Shown here: positions 60,474 to 64,000 of the stretch, piece by piece
How positions within the stretch are numbered: position 1 is the stretch's first letter
Layout of the letters: every line of letters begins with the position of its first letter
Assembly (NCBI GenBank): GCA_963662265.2
Contig: CAXXHA010000029.1
Location: 32,001 to 96,000 of the forward strand
From: Spirochaetia bacterium
GTDB lineage: Bacteria > Spirochaetota > Spirochaetia > CADAEX01
Length of the DNA: 64,000 nucleotides
Direction of reading: 5' to 3'
The notes under the pieces: model-generated
The model's database searches: none
Told to the model about the DNA's origin: nothing
The model's input: only the letters and a program-made list of their open reading frames with translations
Program-made: the position numbers and the translations under genes

Positions 60474-62275
60474 GCATAACAGAAAAAAACCATGCTATTC
60501 TGCGGGATTATTACAATCTGGATCCAGGAAATCTAGGATCATCAGTAGAGAATAAAAGTTATACTGTGGAAACAACCCGCAGGGGATTTAAGACAGTTTC
60601 GGTTAACGGTAAATATATTCACAGCAGATATGATCCTGTGAGTGAGGCTGAAAAGATAATAAAAATGTCTGCAGACAGCTCATCAGACTGCTGGGTATTC
60701 GGAGGATTCGGGCTCGGTTATCACATTGAGGCATTTCTCAAATACACGGAAACTGTAAAAGCTGTTGTTGTCGAACCTGACCCTGAACTTTTCAGAATTG
60801 CTGCCGATGAAATAGATCTTTCAGGTATGCTGATGTCGGGCAGAATAATACTGCTTATTGGAGCGGAAAGCAGTTCAGTTATTCCTACGCTGAATATGTT
60901 CCAGTTTGAAAAAATCAAATACTTTCAGATAAGAAGCGAGTATGAACTTAACACAGATTATTTTGAAAAACTAAAAGATTCTGTTGCCTCATATATTTCC
61001 AGAAAGGATGTAAACAACAATACACTCATAAGATTCGGAAAGCTCTGGGTAAAAAACCTCCTTTTCAATCTTCCTGTTTTTGCAAATTCTCCGGGAATTG
61101 ATTCAATAAAAGAGAGGTTTAAGGGCCTTCCTGCCCTGATTCTTGCCGGCGGACCCGGTCTTGATAAATCTCTTGAAAATTTAAAATCCTACAGGGAAAA
61201 ATGTCTTATCATTGCTGTTGATACTTCATTAAGCGCAGCCTTAAGATACGGTGTTGAACCTGATTTCCTTGTAGTTGTTGATCCACAGTACTGGAACTTC
61301 AGACACCTTGACAGGTGCTCTCTTAAAAATACTATTGTTGTTTCAGAACCTTCAACATATCCCCACACATTCAGAAATCCGGAAGCTGATTATATCTTTG
61401 CAAGTTCTGTCTTCCCGCTGGGGCAGAAAATAGAAAAGGAAACTTACAGAAGGGGAAAAATCGGGGCAGGAGGATCCGTATCAACTACTGCCTGGGATTT
61501 TGCAAGAATTGCAGGATGCAGTCCTGTTGTTTTTGCAGGGCTTGATCTTTCATATCCCGAAAAACAGACCCACTTCAAGGGGAGTTTTTTCGAGGAAAGA
61601 TCACATACTCTGTCCGGTAGAACCATGACGGCAGCCCACATGGATTACAAGCTTCTTACTGATGCATCTCTGATTGAAGCTGAAAGCAACTCCGGAGGAT
61701 CTGTTTTTACAGACCGTCGTCTTGTTATCTACAGGCAGTGGTTTGAGGAGCAGCAGAAACAGCATAATGTTAAGACTCTCACACTTTCAGAAAGCGGAAT
61801 AAAGATTGAGGGGATAACACTTACCGATCATGATTATATTAATAACCTGCCTGATATAAGAAGGTCTCTTGATGACAAGATATCTGAGACGCTTGAGGAG
61901 ATAAAGACTGATCTTACAGACAGGGGAAAGTATATAGAAATATGCGAGAATACAGCATCATCACTTGACAAGTTGATGTCTGTATCTGAAAGGGGCCTTG
62001 AGATCTGCAGGATGCTGCTTGAATCAGGCCGATATAATGAGCAGGCCGCAGATGAACTTAACAGAATAGACAATGAAATACTTTCAGGTGAGAGCCGTGA
62101 TACAGCCGGTTTTCTCCTGCAGGAGGTAAGCCGGAAAATACTTACATCGGAAAAGGAAACAGATTTTAAAAAAGTAATAGGCAATTCTCTTTCTATTTAT
62201 GACAACCTGATAAAATCATCCGACTATCATATAAAACTCATCAAAAAAGCTGTAAAAATGCTGTCTGAGGGCTAA
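60470..62275 (+). CDS. Motility-associated factor (Maf/DUF115) glycosyltransferase
   Basis: HSRYDP..EA, GFGLGYH, GPGL, PDFLVVVDPQ, GGSVST, GLDLS. Confidence 0.82.
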   Translation: MSITEKNHAILRDYYNLDPGNLGSSVENKSYTVETTRRGFKTVSVNGKYIHSRYDPVSEAEKIIKMSADSSSDCWVFGGFGLGYHIEAFLKYTETVKAVVVEPDPELFRIAADEIDLSGMLMSGRIILLIGAESSSVIPTLNMFQFEKIKYFQIRSEYELNTDYFEKLKDSVASYISRKDVNNNTLIRFGKLWVKNLLFNLPVFANSPGIDSIKERFKGLPALILAGGPGLDKSLENLKSYREKCLIIAVDTSLSAALRYGVEPDFLVVVDPQYWNFRHLDRCSLKNTIVVSEPSTYPHTFRNPEADYIFASSVFPLGQKIEKETYRRGKIGAGGSVSTTAWDFARIAGCSPVVFAGLDLSYPEKQTHFKGSFFEERSHTLSGRTMTAAHMDYKLLTDASLIEAESNSGGSVFTDRRLVIYRQWFEEQQKQHNVKTLTLSESGIKIEGITLTDHDYINNLPDIRRSLDDKISETLEEIKTDLTDRGKYIEICENTASSLDKLMSVSERGLEICRMLLESGRYNEQAADELNRIDNEILSGESRDTAGFLLQEVSRKILTSEKETDFKKVIGNSLSIYDNLIKSSDYHIKLIKKAVKMLSEG

Positions 62276-62333
62276 AGTATCTTTGCATCATACCGAACAT
62301 AAATATATATAGGGAATTTGAGAGGTTCCTTAT

Positions 62334-62375
62334 AAACGGTATGCAATATTGACGTCCAGGCATACCGTTTTTTTT
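62334..62375 (+). terminator. Intrinsic terminator after maf
   Basis: aaacggtatgc/gcataccgttt followed by T-run. Confidence 0.75.
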
Positions 62376-62704
62376 TGCTCTGAATGTTTTTCCTGTACAA
62401 TATAAAATTAAAATAAGCGTAAAATAGAATCTATCATACACGGAACGATATTTTTCAAAAGCAGATAATAAAAGATCTGTTGATGATATTAAAAAGTTTA
62501 TCCGGGACCTTCTGCCTGATAAAGCTTCCATCTGATAAAAAGATCGCTTCTTCAGCCCTTTTAAAAAAACGTTTTTAAGTTCTTTCTTAAAACCGCTTTT
62601 CAAGTTCATTTTAATATTTACTGAAAAAACTATTAGAAATATTACACTTTTTCTATAATAATATATATTATCCATTCTTCTTGAAAAATATTACAGGAGT
62701 ACAG

Positions 62705-64000
62705 ATGAAAATTATAAAAAAGATTAAATCAATTTACAAAAGTGAAAATGACATATACAGGGAAAAGGCTGTGACACTCTATGTAATCAACCAGGTGCTG
62801 GCAGTTTTTTTTCTTATATTTGCTGTTATCCGATTTGCCAAAGGTGATATTGCAGTTGCTTCAGGTGAAGTGCTTATAGCACTGCTTCTTGCATTGAATA
62901 TATTGGCTCTCTTCAAGGGGCAGTACAAACTGTGCAGTTCTGCAAGTGTTATGCTGTTTACCGGTGCTGCTTTCGGGATATTTTTAATAAAAAAACCGCA
63001 GGATATAAATGATATCTATATTTTTTCAACATACATAATTTCTGTTATATGTGTTGCTCCTCTTCTCTCATATAAAGTGCTTCAGATGATTTTAATTGTT
63101 GTTGCAGGAATAGTCGGTCAGACTGCTTTCTTTTTTCTGAAACTCGTACCTGTCGCAGCAGCTAATGGAACGGAGAACTTCATTGGTGAATATATTATTT
63201 CAATAATTTTTCTTTTCATGGCAGGATTTTTTGCTGTCCTGGTTTTCAGAATGCAGCTCAGAACAATTGAAGCTGTGCAGCATGAAAAAAACAAAACTGA
63301 TAAAAATTTCCAGCAGCTTAATATTATTGTAGGTAGGATGAAATCATCATTCAATGTCGGTGAGAAACTTCTCGGGGCTGCAGAGAATACAACCCGGGTA
63401 TCGGCAAACCTTTCTGAAAACATCCAGGAACTTGACAATATTTCGAAGGAACTCACTAATTCGGCAGAAGGGACTGAAAATGCTAATATGAAGATTAATG
63501 AGTCAAGGGAACTTGTAATGGAAAAAATGGATATTCAGTCTGAAGCTATACAGAATGCTTCTGATTCTCTTAAAAACATGGTTGAAAAAATAGAGATAAT
63601 ATCAAATGAAGCTGAATCAAAACTGAATATACTTGAAGTACTGAATCAGTCATCTGAAGAAGGTTACTCGAAACTGGAACAGTCTCTTCAGTCAATTGAG
63701 AATCTTTCAAAGTCTTCATCAGAGATACTTGAGATTATTTCTGTTATAGAATCCATATCAAGCAGAACAAATATGCTGGCAATGAATGCTGCCATAGAGG
63801 CTGCCCATGCAGGAGAGGCTGGAAAGGGATTTTCAGTTGTAGCAGAGGAAATAAGAAAACTCTCTGAGGAAACATCAGAAAACTCTGATGCAATCAGAAA
63901 AAGTATCGAAAGCAATAACGAATATCTTGAAATATCAAGTAAAGCTTCAGATGATCTCGGAGAAGTAATGGGATCTGTTATCAAGGAAATAAAAGATGTG
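62705..64000 (+). CDS. Methyl-accepting chemotaxis protein (runs off the window end)
   Basis: SD aggag, multi-TM N-terminus, signature [36 protein letters not shown]. Confidence 0.92.
   Translation, partial: MKIIKKIKSIYKSENDIYREKAVTLYVINQVLAVFFLIFAVIRFAKGDIAVASGEVLIALLLALNILALFKGQYKLCSSASVMLFTGAAFGIFLIKKPQDINDIYIFSTYIISVICVAPLLSYKVLQMILIVVAGIVGQTAFFFLKLVPVAAANGTENFIGEYIISIIFLFMAGFFAVLVFRMQLRTIEAVQHEKNKTDKNFQQLNIIVGRMKSSFNVGEKLLGAAENTTRVSANLSENIQELDNISKELTNSAEGTENANMKINESRELVMEKMDIQSEAIQNASDSLKNMVEKIEIISNEAESKLNILEVLNQSSEEGYSKLEQSLQSIENLSKSSSEILEIISVIESISSRTNMLAMNAAIEAAHAGEAGKGFSVVAEEIRKLSEETSENSDAIRKSIESNNEYLEISSKASDDLGEVMGSVIKEIKDV

Noticed and set aside
62241-62675. 144-aa minus-strand ORF between maf and the MCP gene
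   Set aside because: Low-complexity AT-rich translation that spans a plus-strand terminator and the MCP upstream region; no motif

Overview
AT-rich bacterial chromosome segment, very probably from a free-living spirochaete (Spirochaetales-type lipoprotein leaders, Maf, long RecJ, extended PstA). It is mostly housekeeping: pstSCAB-phoU-phoB-phoR, ilvD, ddl, lon, recO, recJ, rpsU, rsmD, nnr, secA, a class B PBP, maf and an MCP. Two accessory operons stand out. (1) A sulfur-trafficking operon: two YeeE/YedE halves, TusA/YeeD, an atypical TrxB with a Cys-less Trx tail, and two exported tandem rhodaneses. (2) An Arn/Gtr-like envelope modification cluster (SMR pair, GT2, ArnT-like GT-C) that carries an ATP-grasp ligase and a NitT/TauT ABC importer in place of arnABD. 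Mobile and repeat features: an intact IS3-family element (3-bp target duplication), a duplicated tRNA-Val(TAC) unit, and a RAYT-type HUH transposase whose GGGACGGAGGA flank motif also occurs twice inside the nnr coding sequence. Non-coding candidates: an sRNA bounded by a promoter and a terminator (about 44447-44535, minus strand), a two-copy covarying hairpin element (34.9 and 47.6 kb), and structured leaders upstream of the GT-C gene, ddl and secA. rpsU appears to start at ATC. Two patches (13.5-15.9 kb, 37.8-38.9 kb) carry many +1 homopolymer frameshifts that look like assembly errors. All calls come from reading the sequence by eye; no searches were run.
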